From Octopus sinensis (taxonomy: Eukaryota): a stretch of DNA of 64,000 nucleotides. Within the stretch, counting starts at the first letter, position 1; every line of letters starts with the position of its first letter. Shown here one piece after another: positions 23,463-37,375 of the stretch. The stretch spans positions 86,242,001-86,306,000 of the forward strand of contig NC_043000.1 in assembly GCF_006345805.1 (NCBI RefSeq), in the 5' to 3' direction. Position numbers and translations under genes: made by a program. The notes beneath the pieces were generated by a model that was not told where the DNA came from, did not search any database, and saw only the letters and a list, made by a program, of their open reading frames with translations.

Positions 23463-26400
23463 ATAAAATTTTATGTAAAAAACTTATCCCTAATGAATAA
23501 TATTAGTTTCAAATTTTGGCACAAGGCCAGCAGTTTTGGGGTAGAGGGTAAGTTGATTATATCAACCCCAATGCTCAACTGGTACTTATTTTATTGACCC
23601 AGAAAGGATGAAAGGCAAAATCAACTCTGATGGAATATGATCTCAAAACATAAACATGGATGAGTTGCCACTAAGCATTTTGCTCATCATGCTAATGATT
23701 CTGCCAGCTTACTGCCTTCTCTACTGGCTAATATTAGAATTGATCAATAAAATAAAACTTAATGATTTCACACCAGAAATGTGTTATTGCTGTTGGTCCT
23801 TATAGAAGGCTTCATCTTACTGTCATTTGCATATTTCAGTACCATTATTGCCTTCGAAAGATACTGTTATTAAAGCACATAAAATAAACCCCTCAGGTTG
23901 TCACAATTTGGGAGAATTGAAACTTTACAGTGTTAACTAATTTTTCTCTAATATTGAAAATTTTAGGTAAAAGATGTTCCATAAACAAAAATTATCATAA
24001 CTCTAATATTTCAAATGAAGAGTTTTATTTTGAAATATCTTTGACTATTTATTATCTGGGAAAGTCTTGTAGCATGGGCAACTGATATGTAGGCACCCGG
24101 AGTAACATGTAGGGTGCACAAACAAAGGAAACTCTATAGACACCAAGAGAATCAGTTAGAAAAACATCTTCACTCATCTAATATCAACATATATGTTATT
24201 AACAGAAACAGTTTGTACTCATTGACAAGGATACCCTGCCATTGCTATATGTTAATATGTAATAGAAATTTTTAAATATAACAAAAAAATAAGTCTACCT
24301 GCAGTGGATGTTCTTACATACAAACATATATACTTCTTTCTGATCATGTATCTGTATACATAAGTGTGTGTGTGTATGTGTTCTTACATATCTCTTAAAT
24401 AAACAGACTGATGACTATGTAGTACATTTCTAACTGTTAGGTTAGTCTCACATATTTTGAGAATCTTTTCAATACTCTTGGCTAACATCTTGTTTTTTTT
24501 TGTGTTACTTTCTTTTTTCTAGTGAATTCTTTCCATCAGGATGCTTGTTTACATCGTAATTTGGAGACCATTTACTTTTTATATGACATTTTTAGGTTCC
24601 AAAGGGATGTAGTAATAACTTTTGAACTATAGTTTTCTTCTGTAAATGAAATGAATTGGATATTATAATCTTCATCAAAGTTATTTACTTACTGAGAGTG
24701 GTTTTTTTTTAGACAATTATCTCTTGAGGTTTTTAGTCAAACATACAGTAAATGTGTAAATTAGAAAGTAGTTAGTTGTTTTTTCTTATAACAAACCACT
24801 TCTTTTCACAACAATAATTACCTGTTATGATGTTACCATTGAGACAATACAAACTATTTTCATTCTATATAAAGACAGATAAACACTCAGGCTACAGTTC
24901 TTCAGTTTTAAAACCAGATAATCTTAGAAAAATAATGATATATCACTTGAGATTTATCACAAACAAAAGAAGAAAAATTGTTAAATATAAACCAAGCAAA
25001 GAGTGAATCAACTTACTTTCCTTTAAAGGTCACAAGCTATGTTTGGATTCATATTAAATTATTGATGAAAGAACTTTATATTTGTTATTTGTATTTATTA
25101 TTAATGAATTTTTAATTCTAAGAATTAAAAAAAAAATATTCTTGATTAATTAGAGGCACTTTAAACAGTGTTAATTGAAATATAAGAGTGCATAATTATA
25201 TTTGTTTCAAATTTTAGCACAAGGTTAGCAATTTGGGGGAAGTGGGTAAGCTGATTAAATCAACCCCAGTGCTCAACTCGTACTTCTTTTATCATCTTTG
25301 AAAGGATGAAAGGCAAAGTGACCTTGGTATTATTTGAACTCAGAATGTAAAAGATGGACAAATGCCACTAAGTGTTTTGTCTGGTGAGCTGATGATTCTG
25401 CCAGCTTAGTGTGTTTAATTATATTAAAAACATTTGTGTACACTCAGATGTGGAAGACACTTGCTGTGGAAATTGTCTCAAGAGAGAAAATTCTCCTTAT
25501 AGAAAATGTATGTGAAAAACACACCATTAAGCTATGAATGATGTCATCAGATCATGCTTAGTTAATGAAGTGTAATGATGCAGAAACATGTGTCCTATGG
25601 TCAAATTACATCATTTATTGCTTAGTGGTATGTTTTCACTCACATTGTCTTTAAAGAGAATTTTTTTCTTTAGACAATTTCCACAGCAGAGGTCTCTCTA
25701 CATTTAAATGTACACGAACATGTTAAATATAATTGTTGTTGTTGTTATTACTATTATTAAGGTGGCGAACTGGCAGAACTATTAACACACCAGACAAAAT
25801 TCTTAATGGCATTTCGTCTGTCTTTATGTTCTGAGTTCAAATGCCACCAATGTCATGAAGCACTGGGGTCAAGGAAACCAACTATGCCCCTCCCCTCAAA
25901 TTTCAGGCCTTGTCCTTATTGTAGAAGAGATTATTATTATTAAATAAACAATAGAAAAAGTAAACCAGATTTTTGGGTATTACACATCTTTTAGATATAT
26001 CTGTATTGCCTTTAAATTTTAGAATAAATGGATAAGAGCTATCTTGTGAATTAATAACATTGATATTATCATCAGTGTTGAATACATTTCACTAAAAAGT
26101 TTGTTGCTTTTGGAAATTTGTATATGTAAGTTAGAAATAAAAACAGGTTGTGACTGATTATTTATATCTCTAATTTAAAAAACGAATAAAAGATAGTAAT
26201 TTAAGAAACAAGATTAATTCTACCCAAATGAAGAAATACAATAGTTATTTGATAAAGAATCTGAAACAAGTCTTGTATTTGCCAAGAAATTCTATCGATT
26301 TAATAATGTCGAAAGTTTTAGTTATTAGATAAAGATTTCTTGAAGCTTACAAATTGAGTCAGGCAGAATCTACCCGAATGTTCAATGTGTGTAGCCTATA

Positions 26401-26849
26401 CTAATCTTTTGTGGTATAAAAGTTGTACATGTAGAAAGGATTATCAAAAAGCTGTATCAAAAACTCTCTTTAAGTAATTAAGTTTAAGAAAATATACAAC
26501 AAACATGGAATTGGTAAATATAAACCATTTGAATTCTCTAATGTTAATAGATGAAAGATTTAAACAGTGTAAAATAACTAAAATGGTTTAGGATTAGAAA
26601 ACAAAATTAAAAAAAGAGTATGATAGTTATATTAAGAATGAAGAAAAATATTTTCAGTTTGGTTTGGTTTTCAAATTAAGAAATAAGAATAAATGAAGTA
26701 TTAAAAACTAATACAAAGAATAAAAGGGACTAGCTATTTGGATTAATACAGTAGCAGTAAAATAATTAGAAAGAAAAACAAGTAAAGTTGCTAATGAAAG
26801 TGTTCTGTGAGAAATAACTAACTCAAACAAGCCAATTACATCCTGAAAA

Positions 26850-27350
26850 TAAAATCGATCTTCAATAAATTATTGCCAGGAGAAAATACATAAAGGTAAA
26901 AAATACATTTGAAGGAAATACAAGAAATATTACAAAACATTTCAAAGTAGGAGACAAAGTTCATTTTAAAAATTACAAAAATGGTAAAGAAGGTTGGGAG
27001 GATAGCTGTGTAATCAAAACATTAGGTAAAATGATGTATTTAATTAAAGGACAACATTTGGAACATGAGACACCTTAACCAGTTAAAGATGAGACATACA
27101 AAAGAACGAAGGGTAATACCAATGGAAGTCTTCTATAATATGTTTGAAGTGCTAGCACCAAGTGATATTGAACCCTATAGAATATCTGAAAGTAATACCA
27201 AAACGGAGTCTAGTGAAGATTGTGTTAGTTCACAGTGAAATCAGATGTTGGTTGGTTAGTTCACAAGAGGGATTTTTTAGTTTGTTACATTGTTTTTACT
27301 GCTGTTTGGTTATCTTATTTATTGTACATAAATTACATTACAACAATATA
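26850..27350 (+). mobile_element. Gypsy integrase C-terminal relic
   Basis: Reads IKSIFNKLLPG...FKVGDKVHFKNYKNGKEGWEDSCVIKTLGKMMYLIKG, homologous to 18010-18230. Confidence 0.6.
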
Positions 27351-27539
27351 TGAGAGACTTAAAGCATCATTATCATCAATAACAACAACATAGTTTTAAC
27401 ATCTATTTTTCAACGCTTGCATGGGTCAAAAAGAATTCATTGATGCAGATTTTCTGTAGCCAGATGCCCTTCCGGTTGACAATTTGCACCTGTTTCCAAA
27501 CAAGGTTATATTTTCCATGGACATGTGGATGGAGTAATG

Positions 27540-29790
27540 TTTCAGCCAAACTGAAAGTAACATGATAGTGGAATGATAAGGTTTGACAGGACACTTAAGG
27601 TTAAGAGACAGGCTTGGAAAGCCTGGAAGAATGATAGTAGTAGGGAGTGTTAACTAATGGTGAGAAAGGCAGCTGGACACTAGGTGTATTTGGCTAAAGA
27701 CGAGGTAGAAAGGAAGAGATCTGCATATGTCCAGCAACAGGAGGATCAAAGATATGAATTGTTCAAAATTACGAGAAAATGTGTGAAAGAGAACAGAGAT
27801 GTCATTGGTGAGAAGTGTGTTCAGAATGATGAAAATGTACTTACCATTGAGACAGAAGACATGAAAATGACATGGAATTATTTTTATTAAAGGCTGCTGA
27901 ATATGTAGAAAGTATGGGATAAAGGGGAGCCACCTCATGTTGACTCTGTAGAAACACCAACAATTCAGGTTGATAGCAACTTGATAGATAAAGCAATCAA
28001 GGGCATGAAACAAGAGAAGGCTGTAAGCCCATCATGGATAGTTACAGAGATGCTCAAAATATCTAGTGAGGTAGTTAAGATACACAAATACCATCTGGAT
28101 AATTAGTCAAGTCATACAAGTTGTCATCCTGAATAACTGGCATGGAAGTATCATTGTAAACTGCAACAATGACAGAGGTGATGCTTTTGAGAGATGCAGC
28201 CATAAAGGGATCAAGCTGCCAGATTATGTTATGAAGGTCCCAGAAAAAGTGGTAGCATAGTTAATTCATGATAGAGTGAACCTAGTTTGGTTTGCTCATA
28301 GAAAAAAGCTTCACAAATGCAAACTTCATTGTGAGACAAATGCAGGAGAAATATCTGGCTAAAAATAAGTTGCTATTGCTAGATTTTATTGATCCAGAGA
28401 AAGTATTCAACAGAGTACCAATCTCAGTAATTTGGTGGTCTTTGAGGAAACTAGGTTCAGACGAATGGCTTGTAAGGGCTGTATGAGCTGTATACTATGA
28501 TGGAGGGATTAAAGTGAGAGTTGACAATAATTTCAGTGACAAATTTAGTGTAAAGGTAAGGGTTCATCAAAGGCCAGTCCACAGTTCTCTCCAATTCATC
28601 CTACAAGCTGTCACAGAAGAGTTTAAGACTGCATATTTTTGAAAACTCTGATATGCTCAAGACCTAGCTCTCATAGCTACATTTATAGGAGAATTAGGGA
28701 GGAAATTTTGGGTATGGGAGCTAAAGCAAGAATTAAGAAGTCTTAAGGGAAACTTAGCAAAGATGAAGGTTCTAATAAGTAGGAAAGAAGACAGAACTCT
28801 AGTATCTTAAGGAAAATGGCCTTGAAAAGGAGTATGCATAAACTCCATATGCAATACCCAATGCAAACTTTAGACACACAAGAGATGCGGGATCAAAGGC
28901 AGCTTAGCAGAGAATATGAGCTTCATAGGTAATAGATGTGCTGGAACAACACTTACTATGAACACTTTGAAAATAGATGTTCTTGAATGCTGGAATTGTT
29001 CATTAGAAATAGTTGATAGCTTGTATTACTTTGGAGCAAGGGAGATGGCTGCACTAAATGTTTAATAAGCAGAGTAAGAACAGGTTAAAGAAAATTCAGA
29101 GAGCTATTGTTACTGTTGACAACAAAGGTCTTTTCTAACAAGAGTAAAGGACAGATTGTATGATGTTTATAAGGTGGCGAGCTGGCAGAAATGTTAGCAT
29201 GCCGGGCGAAATGCTTAGCGGTATTTCGTCTGTTGTTATGTTCTGAGTTCAAATTCTGCTGAGGTTGACTTTGCCTTTCATCCTTTCAGGGTCGATAAAT
29301 TAAGCACCAGTTATGCACTGGGGTCGATCTAATCGACTTAATCCCTTTGCCTGTCCTTGTTTGTTCCCTCTATTTTTTAAAGAAATAAGATTGTATGATG
29401 TTTGTATTAGAACTGAAATGCTGCATGATAGTGAGACATGGACCTTGAATGCAGAAGGCTTGAGAAGACTGGAAAAAAGTAAAGTGAGCATGCTCCGTTG
29501 GATGTGCAATGTAAGTGTAAAGGAATTACACAGTAAAAATGTGCTGAGAGAAAAACTGGGCATAAGAGGAATCTGTGCATGAAAGGAGGGTGTGCTGGTA
29601 TGGACATGTGATACATATGGATGAGGACAGCTATGTAAAAAAGTGCTGGTCACTAAATGGAAAAGGGAGACCCAGAAAGATACATGATGAAGTAACCAAG
29701 TCTGATCTCATGGAGATGACAAAAGACCAGGATTTCTGGTGATATAAGGTTCTTAAGAAAACTTACCCACCTTTGTGAAATTGCAATTGA
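27540..29790 (+). mobile_element. Decayed RTE-type LINE (linker, RT and C-terminus) interrupted by a SINE
   Basis: YLAKDEVERKR...ENRDVIGEKCVQND, FIVRQMQEKYLAKNK...FIDPEKVFNRVP...WWSLRKLG, LHDSETWTLN...MLRWMC. Confidence 0.85.
29169..29387 (+). mobile_element. tRNA-derived SINE, short family, with 16-bp TSD
   Basis: Head aaggtggcgagctggcagaaatgttagc...gagttcaaattc. The TSD AGATTGTATGATGTTT is at 29153-29168 and 29388-29403, and the RTE frame resumes after it. Confidence 0.9.
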
Positions 29791-30288
29791 CTTCTAGAAG
29801 CACTGTGCGCATATATGTACATAAATGGATACATTGCCCAAACTCCTCCATACATCTCTCTGACTGTGACTCCTTCCCACCTTCATATCATCCTATTTTT
29901 TGTTCCCTGGAACATTTCATTTGTTAGCCTCTCTTCATCCATAAATTACTGTTCTCCTCACATATTAGTGATTCTTTCCCCACCTACTGAACCACCAATT
30001 TATCTCCCTACATGCACTACACTTGCTTCTCTCAACCCTCCCCACTCCTGTAGCATACCCAACTACTTGTCATCTCTCTCTTGCTACACTCTTCCACTCT
30101 CTTCTACACCCTTCTACCTTCCTCAACTATGACAGCATAGACCATCTATAACTCCCTACATTCACACTACAAATCCTACCCAATCTTGGAAGTTATTGCC
30201 TACCTCCCATTCCCTCATTTTCTACTCTTCCATACACCCCTGCAAACTCTCATCCACCCACACTTCTAGTTTCACTGTTTCAACACAC

Positions 30289-30527
30289 TTCTTATTTCTT
30301 TATTGCCCACAAGAGGCTAAACATAGAGGGGACAAACGAGGGCAGACAAAGGGATTAAGTCGATTACATCAACCCCAGTGCGTAACTGGTACTTGATTTA
30401 TCGACCCTGAAAGGATGAAAGGAAAAGTTGACCTCAGTGGAATTTGAACTCAGAACATAAAGACAGACGAAATACCACTGAGTATTTTGCCTGGCATGCT
30501 AACGTTTCTGCCAGCTCGTCACCTTTC
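30289..30527 (-). mobile_element. tRNA-derived SINE, short family
   Basis: Reverse-complement match to 29169-29387 and 43821-44055. Confidence 0.8.
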
Positions 30528-31159
30528 AACACACTTCTACTCACCTCATGCCTTGAGGAGACACCTTGTCTTGAAGCTCTTACTGACCATCTCAACTGTC
30601 CCTCCTAAAGTTGAGTAGAACCTACTTTGCTCTCTCTCCTTCCCTCCTCCCATACTCTCATCTCTTCACACAAATACTGATCTCCCATTGGAGTTTTGTC
30701 ATCTGGCAAGTTGCATAGTGACCTCACTAGTGCTGCAAAAAAGCATCCACTACACACTGTAATATGGTTGTCATTAGGAAGGACATCTAGCCATAGAAAC
30801 CATATCAAAGCAGACACTGGAGCACAATGCAATTCTTGGACCCATCAGATTATGTCAAACCATGCAATCAATGCCAGCATGGAACACAGACATTAAATTT
30901 ATGATGATAATGAGATGATGAGACTTATTTTCACTGAAGTTTCAAAATGTGGTAAAAATTAGGCATTTTAAATTACGAATGCTATATGATCACTTAATTC
31001 TAAAAAGTTCTTCTGACAGTGAATAATTCTTGTAATATTTTAGATCTATTTTAGAATTAACAATTGATAAATTCTCAGATATTAAACTTGAAAAATAAAA
31101 TCTACTATAAAATTGATGCTTATTTTTTAAATATCTGTTTACATTGCATTTTACACAGA

Positions 31160-31752
31160 TATAAGTGGAATAATTCTTTCCCATCTTGTCCAGAATGTTG
31201 ATTTGCTGGAAGCTGTCCAAAGATGCGCAACCAGATGAAAACCTTCTGTTGGTCACCATATCTTGAATGTATTTCTTTTTGGGGAATTGAGACACTAACG
31301 TTTTGAAATCTAGCAACTGACTTGGGCAGAAACTCACAAGATTACCCACCATGTTTCTAACAACAACTGTGGCTATCTTTTTGAATTAAATACTACCACT
31401 TGTGGATAGCATGACTTTTGGAATCATTTTTTCATGCTCAGAATTTTCAAAGCGTGGAATAAATTACTATGTCAGTTATTAACTGTCAAGACACTGCATC
31501 CTTTAAAAATTCTGCTTCCTGAAATTCACTAACACTACTTCTGACATACCTATTGTACCTTTTCCTCTTTATGGCTCTTTTACTGTTCACTTCTCTGTCT
31601 TTTACATTTTATTCTGTGTACTGTGCATGCATTTTTAGTATCCATTGCTGTCTTTCTTTGTTTGACTTGTTGTTGCTTTCTGTTCTCTCTTTTAACCTTT
31701 TCTGACAAGTTGTAGTGCTTTTGAGTACTGTATACAATAAGCTCATTATCAT
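31160..31752 (+). mobile_element. CR1/L2-like LINE 3' end with (ATT)n tail
   Basis: SHLVQNVDLLEAVQRCATR and later SVINCQDTASFKNS resemble the CR1-type C-terminus. The segment ends aataagctcattatcattattatt. Confidence 0.6.
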
Positions 31753-32682
31753 TATTATTTAAATCATTTACAGCAAGATACCATTACTCGTGTCATATAT
31801 ACAAATTTTAAAGTAGATTAAAATGATATTACAGGGAATAAAACAATATCAGTTTCAAATATTGGTACAAGACCAGTCATTTTTGGTGGTGGGATATGTT
31901 TATTATATTGACGCAAGAGACTCAACAAGAACTTATTTTATTGACCCTAAAAGGATGAAAGGCAAAGTTGACCTTAGCGGAATTTGAACTAAAAATGTAA
32001 AGATAGACAAAATGCTGCTAAGATTCTGCCAGCTCAGTACCTTATGGAAATAAAGCAATATTAAAGGTAAGCTTTAAACACAATTTGTTTTGAACATTTT
32101 AACTAATTATGTTGTTAAAAGAGGAGATGTGCTCATGACCTTTACAGACCTTCCAAAAACTAGACAATGAAGTTGAGCCTTAATTTGAACATCTGAATGT
32201 TATTACTTGTGGCCATGGTGTGAGTTCTTGAGAAATCTGTTGTCCGAGTAATAATGGGTATAGATATTTAGTGTGGAAGAAGTAAACTTGTAGAGTAGAA
32301 AAGAAGCTGTTGCATTATGTAGGTTCAGATAGAGGTAGTACACAACTTGCTAATTTAGAGAAACTAATTTAGAGGTAGTACACAACTTGCTAATCTAGAT
32401 TCACAAACAATGATATACAGAGAAGAAACAGACCATATGCAAACCAGTGGTTGTAGCGTATTAATAAATGAAGGTTTACTAGTCAAACAGATGGAAGTAT
32501 TTCTTAATGCAGTTTAGTGTCTGTAGGTATAGCAGCAGTATGTAAACAGTACTCTTATACAGGTGACACATGCCCTCAGTAGAAGAGTTAACAATTGGTG
32601 AAAAATGAAGAGTTTTCTAGGTTTCACGATACAGTCTAGTCTTTGGGATGTAGTTTTGGTTTAGGTTATAGACATATAACAT

Positions 32683-32845
32683 AGGCATAGGGGTGGCTGT
32701 GTGGTGAGTAACTTGCTTACCAACAACATGATTCCGGGTTCAGTCCCACTGCGTGGCACCTTGGGCAAGTGTTTTCTACTATAGCCTTGGGCCGACCAAA
32801 GCCTTGTGAATGGATTTGGTAGATGGAAACTGAAAGAAGCCCGTC

Positions 32846-32905
<60 letters not shown>

Positions 32906-33091
32906 TTGTCCCCCCAACATCGCTTGACAACCGATGCTGGTGTGTTTACATCCCAGTAACTTAGTGGTTCGGCAAAAGGGACTGACAGAATAAGTACCAG
33001 GCTTACAAAGAATAAGCTCTGGGGTTTATTTGTTCCACTAAAAGTGGTGCTCCAGCATGGCTGCAGTCAAATGACTGAAACAAGTAAAAGA
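32683..33091 (+). mobile_element. tRNA-derived SINE, long family
   Basis: Full copy with an internal (TG)n tract. Confidence 0.85.
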
Positions 33092-33840
33092 AAGAAAGAA
33101 AGAAAGAATATGACCTCTGTAAAGCTGTATAGTACATGATCACAATAAAGATGTGTGATGTGATCACTGTAAAGATGTGTAGTGTGTGGCCACTGTAGAG
33201 ATGGTACATTTAACTTGTATTTATGATGTGACCACAATAGTCACAGCTGAAACAAGTTAAAAATGATTTATAATCATAGTTCATTATATTACTTTCAAGT
33301 TTGAGCACATACACCAATGCTTATTATAAATTTGATAATGACATTAACTTAAGGTAAAATGGTTTAGATTATGAATTAAGGTCATACTACGTAAATAATA
33401 AAAAATGCTTTCAATAGTTTTGGGGATTAATTAAGTTTGCATAAATTTCTATTAGTATTCAAAGTTTACTTGTTTGCTTGCCATTTATTAAGTGTATATT
33501 TTAAAATTATCATATAAAAGAGAGAGCATGTCTATATACATCTGAAATTAATGATAATTTTGTAAATCTAAAATAGTTTGAATATTTATATCAGTTTTGG
33601 TGAAAGGATTAATAAACTGAACTGAGGTACTTTTCTACAACACTATTTAAATAGATAAATTGCAGTTTTGTAGCATGTGTCAAATTTAAGGAACTGAACT
33701 TGTATGAATGGCAAGTAATATATCTTCTCCAAGTTAATGTATACAACTTTAATTTACATAAAAATTTACCTCTCTCTTTCTCTTCTCTCTCACTGTGTGT
33801 GTGTGTATATATACATATATATATTCTTCTGTTCTTTTAT

Positions 33841-34037
33841 TCTTTTATTGTTTCAGTCATTTGACTGTGGCCATGCTGGAGGACTGCCTTTAGTTGAACA
33901 AATTAACCCCAGGACTTATTCCTTGCAAATCTAATACTTATTCTGTCATGCTCTTTTGCCAAACTGCTAAGTTACAGGGATGTAAACACATAGCATCAGT
34001 TGTCAAGCGATGTTGAGGGGTGGGTGGACAAACACAG

Positions 34038-34100
<63 letters not shown>

Positions 34101-34285
34101 ATATACACACACAAATATATATGGTGGGCTTCTTTAAGTTTCTGTTTTCCAAATCCACTCATAAGTCCTTGGTTAGCCCAAAGCTATAGTAGAAGACACT
34201 TACCAAAAGTGCTACTCAGTGGGACTGAACCTGGAACCATGTGGTTGGTAAGCAAGCTACTTACCACACAGCCACTCCTGCACCT
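33841..34285 (-). mobile_element. tRNA-derived SINE, long family
   Basis: Full copy with an internal (CA)n tract. Confidence 0.85.
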
Positions 34286-34842
34286 ATACTCTATTGAATA
34301 TTTATGTTTGTTTAGCAAAACGCTGGGTAAAAATCTATAGCATTTTGATATGATGTTGATATGTATGAAATTATCTAAAAATTTAAGTCAATCATTAAAT
34401 CAGAAAATATATACTCTAAAGATCAATGGTTGGACGGTTAAGAAGTTTGCTTTACAATCATGATATCCCATGTTCAATCTCACTGGATGACATTTCCGAC
34501 AAATGTTCCTTGAATCAAAGACTCAGGTTGAATGAAAATGGAGTTGATGAAAACTGTGAGGAAACCAATCAGATGGATTGCACCTGTAATTTAAAGATTC
34601 ACTCTTGTCATGCTGTTTTACAGTGATTCAACCTGTATATTGTGTTAAGGGCACACATGTATACGGAATACTCAGCTATTTCCTAATTCAATGAGCTGGT
34701 GCTTCTACTGATTAAATAACTAAAGATTTATTGTTAAAACCAAAATGAAATCCATTTAAAATACCAATCACATTAGAACTAAATCATTTTAAAGAGTTTT
34801 TAAAGACCATTATAAATATATACATGTGTGTATGCGTATATA

Positions 34843-35987
34843 CAGGGATTGGACAAAATAATGGAAACACCTTAAAATTTGAAACAAACTTATTTTAATA
34901 TGGGGTTGGACTGCCTCTGGCAGTAATTACAGCTTGAATTCTATGAGGTATGGACTCGTACAAAGTTTGAATTGTTTCCAAAGGAATTTTTGTCCATTTA
35001 TCAGCTAAAAGTCTCCAGTTCTTGTAGTGATGATGGTGGATGATATCAACTCCTTACTTGTTTTTCTAAAATGCATCATAAATGTTCAATAATATTGAAA
35101 TCTGGGGACTGTGGTGGCCAGATAAGATGTTCAACTTCACTAGAATGTTCCTTGTGCCATTCAGTAACAACTATAGCTGTGTGAATTGGTGCATTGTCAT
35201 CCTGAAAGCTTGCATTTTCCTCCAGAAACAGTTCTGCAACCATAGGATGAATTTGATCAGTTAAAATGTTTAAATAGTCATGACTATTAATTCTGCCATG
35301 AAGGGAAACCATTGGGCTGGTGGATTTCCAAGATATAGGTAAAGGATGACTCGTCAGAGAAAATAACATTCTTCCATTGCTCTAGGAACCAATTCTGTAG
35401 GTTTTTATTCCACTCTAAATGCTTTGCAATGTTTGTTTTTGAAAGTAGTGGTATTTTGATTGCAGCCCTCCCATGAAATCCAGCTTTGTGCAGCTCCCAG
35501 CAAACAATTTTTGTGGAAACTAGGTTCTCGAGGTGGTCATTAAGCTCTGCAGTAATTTTGGGAGCTGTACTTTTGTGATCCTTTCTAACAATTTGCATAA
35601 GAGTCCGACAGTCCCCATCTGAAAGGTTTGGTTTTCTTCCAGAGTTTTGTTTCAATGAGGAAGTTTTTCCCTCTTTCTCAAAGGCTGTCACTACTTTTGA
35701 GACAGTACTTCTTGATACACCAAACATTTCAGCTGTTTTCATTATGCTTGTGCCTGCCATACGAGCACTGACAATTTAACCTCTTTGAAAGTCCAATAGA
35801 TCTGTCATTTTAATGAATTTTAATTACCTTTTTCTGATGATATCTGAAAGGAAAGCAATTTTGGCTAAATATATTAAGCAACACTAACAATAAATAAAAA
35901 AACAAAAAAATAAACAAGCTTTTGATAGTTTTATAGATGTTTCAAAATTATGATGCTAGGTGTTTCTATTGTTTTGTCCAACCCCTG
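34843..35987 (-). mobile_element. Tc1-family DNA transposon, defective
   Basis: 30-bp TIRs (CAGGGATTGGACAAAATAATGGAAACACCT; 3 mismatches) with TA on the left. Transposase fragments include an HTH (FGVSRSTVSKV), VIFSDESSF, FQDDNAPIH and WPPQSPDFNIIEHL (DD34E type). There is a premature stop near the start and an internal deletion or frameshift. Confidence 0.92.
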
Positions 35988-37246
35988 TGTATATATATAT
36001 ATATATGTGTTAGTGGTATGGGTGTGTAGTTAAGAAGCTTGTTTCATAACCATGTGATTTCATGTTCGGTCTCATTCAGTGGTACCTTGGAAAGTGTTTT
36101 CTACTACAGCACCGTACCAACCAAAACCTTGTGAGAGGAACTAGTTGACAGAACCTGAAAGGAGCCCATTATGTATGTATGTGTGTGTGTGTGTCTTTAT
36201 TTTGATATTGCATGACAGTTATAAATATTTTCCATGAAAAATATATGATCAAGAGAGGGTTGAGAGTCGACACTTCTAGTTAGTGTCTTGTGGAGGTATC
36301 AGTGATAGTAACACAGAAGTTAGTGTATTTCTATTCCGGTATGAAGAGATACAACAGTATCCGATAACTAGTAACTATTGTGGCTACTCGTGTAAAATAG
36401 GAACTACAGTACAACAGCAGTCACACATCACACCAGTGGGAGGAACCCACTTTAAAACAACGTTTTATGCTCAAACTGGCCAGATCTGGTTCCTCACATC
36501 TAGCCTACAATGTCATTCTAAAAATAATAATTGCATCATCGAAATCTTTAAGCTACAAGATAATGCTTGATTAATTCAAAGCAATACAGCTATATAGACA
36601 TCACAACTCTAAAATCCATTTTGCATTAAATACTTCTCTACTAGAAATCGTTCATTAAAAAACAAAAATTACTTCTGAAAATATGAAAGTAAAAAAAATA
36701 AAATAAATATGATGAAAACAATATCCATTTCTGAATGTGTTAAGAATGAAATGATGTTGAAATATAAACTAGTTTTAAAAAGAAATATATAATATGATGA
36801 TAGGATTTTGTTCCAAATAAATGGCACCATATGGACAAAGACTTTTTATTTGAGTTTCTACAGAATGTGTCTACTACAATTGCAAAAATTCCATGCAATA
36901 GCAGGAAACTAACAAGGATCAAGATAAAGTTGAATACTTAATAATGGTTTGTTTCTTTTTTCTTTACAGGAAGGAACATATCTTTTGACTATGTTAGTTT
37001 AAGAGCATTTTTATTGATCAACATTTTTATGATGCTATATGATAGCATGGATAGGAATGTTAGGAAGAATGGATAGGAATGTTAAAAGAGGGCTCCTATA
37101 TGGATTTGTGGAATACAGTGTTACATTTTCTAACAAGGTTAAAATAAAGTCTAACAAATACAACATTTTTCATCATGGTTACAAGATATGTAATAAATAT
37201 TTACAAAATTAAATAAAGAATTTTAATGATTTAGTTTAATACTTAC

Positions 37247-37375
37247 TTGGTCAAAGGCATTAACATTGGCTTTATTTCTTATGAGAACTTCAACTACATC
37301 TTTACAGCTTGTGTTACAGGCATGATGTAATGCAGTCTTTTCAAGATTATCTTTAAGCTCAATATCAGCACCAGC
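37247..37375 (-). CDS. Internal coding exon of an ankyrin-repeat protein (phase 0-0, 43 codons)
   Basis: Acceptor ttgttttcatttccAG, then AGADIELKDNLEKTALHHACNTSCKDVVEVLIRNKANVNAFDQ, then donor GTAAGT. The peptide matches the ankyrin consensus (D-x-x-x-x-T-A-L-H-x-A...V-x-x-L-I-x-x-x-A-N-V-N). It is not in the ORF track. Confidence 0.9.

Noticed and set aside
30990-31352. 120-aa minus-strand ORF
   Set aside because: Largely the antisense shadow of the CR1-like LINE 3' end on the plus strand.
36283-36570. 95-aa plus-strand ORF
   Set aside because: No domain signal, and it overlaps sequence similar to the piggyBac-type MITE family on the other strand.
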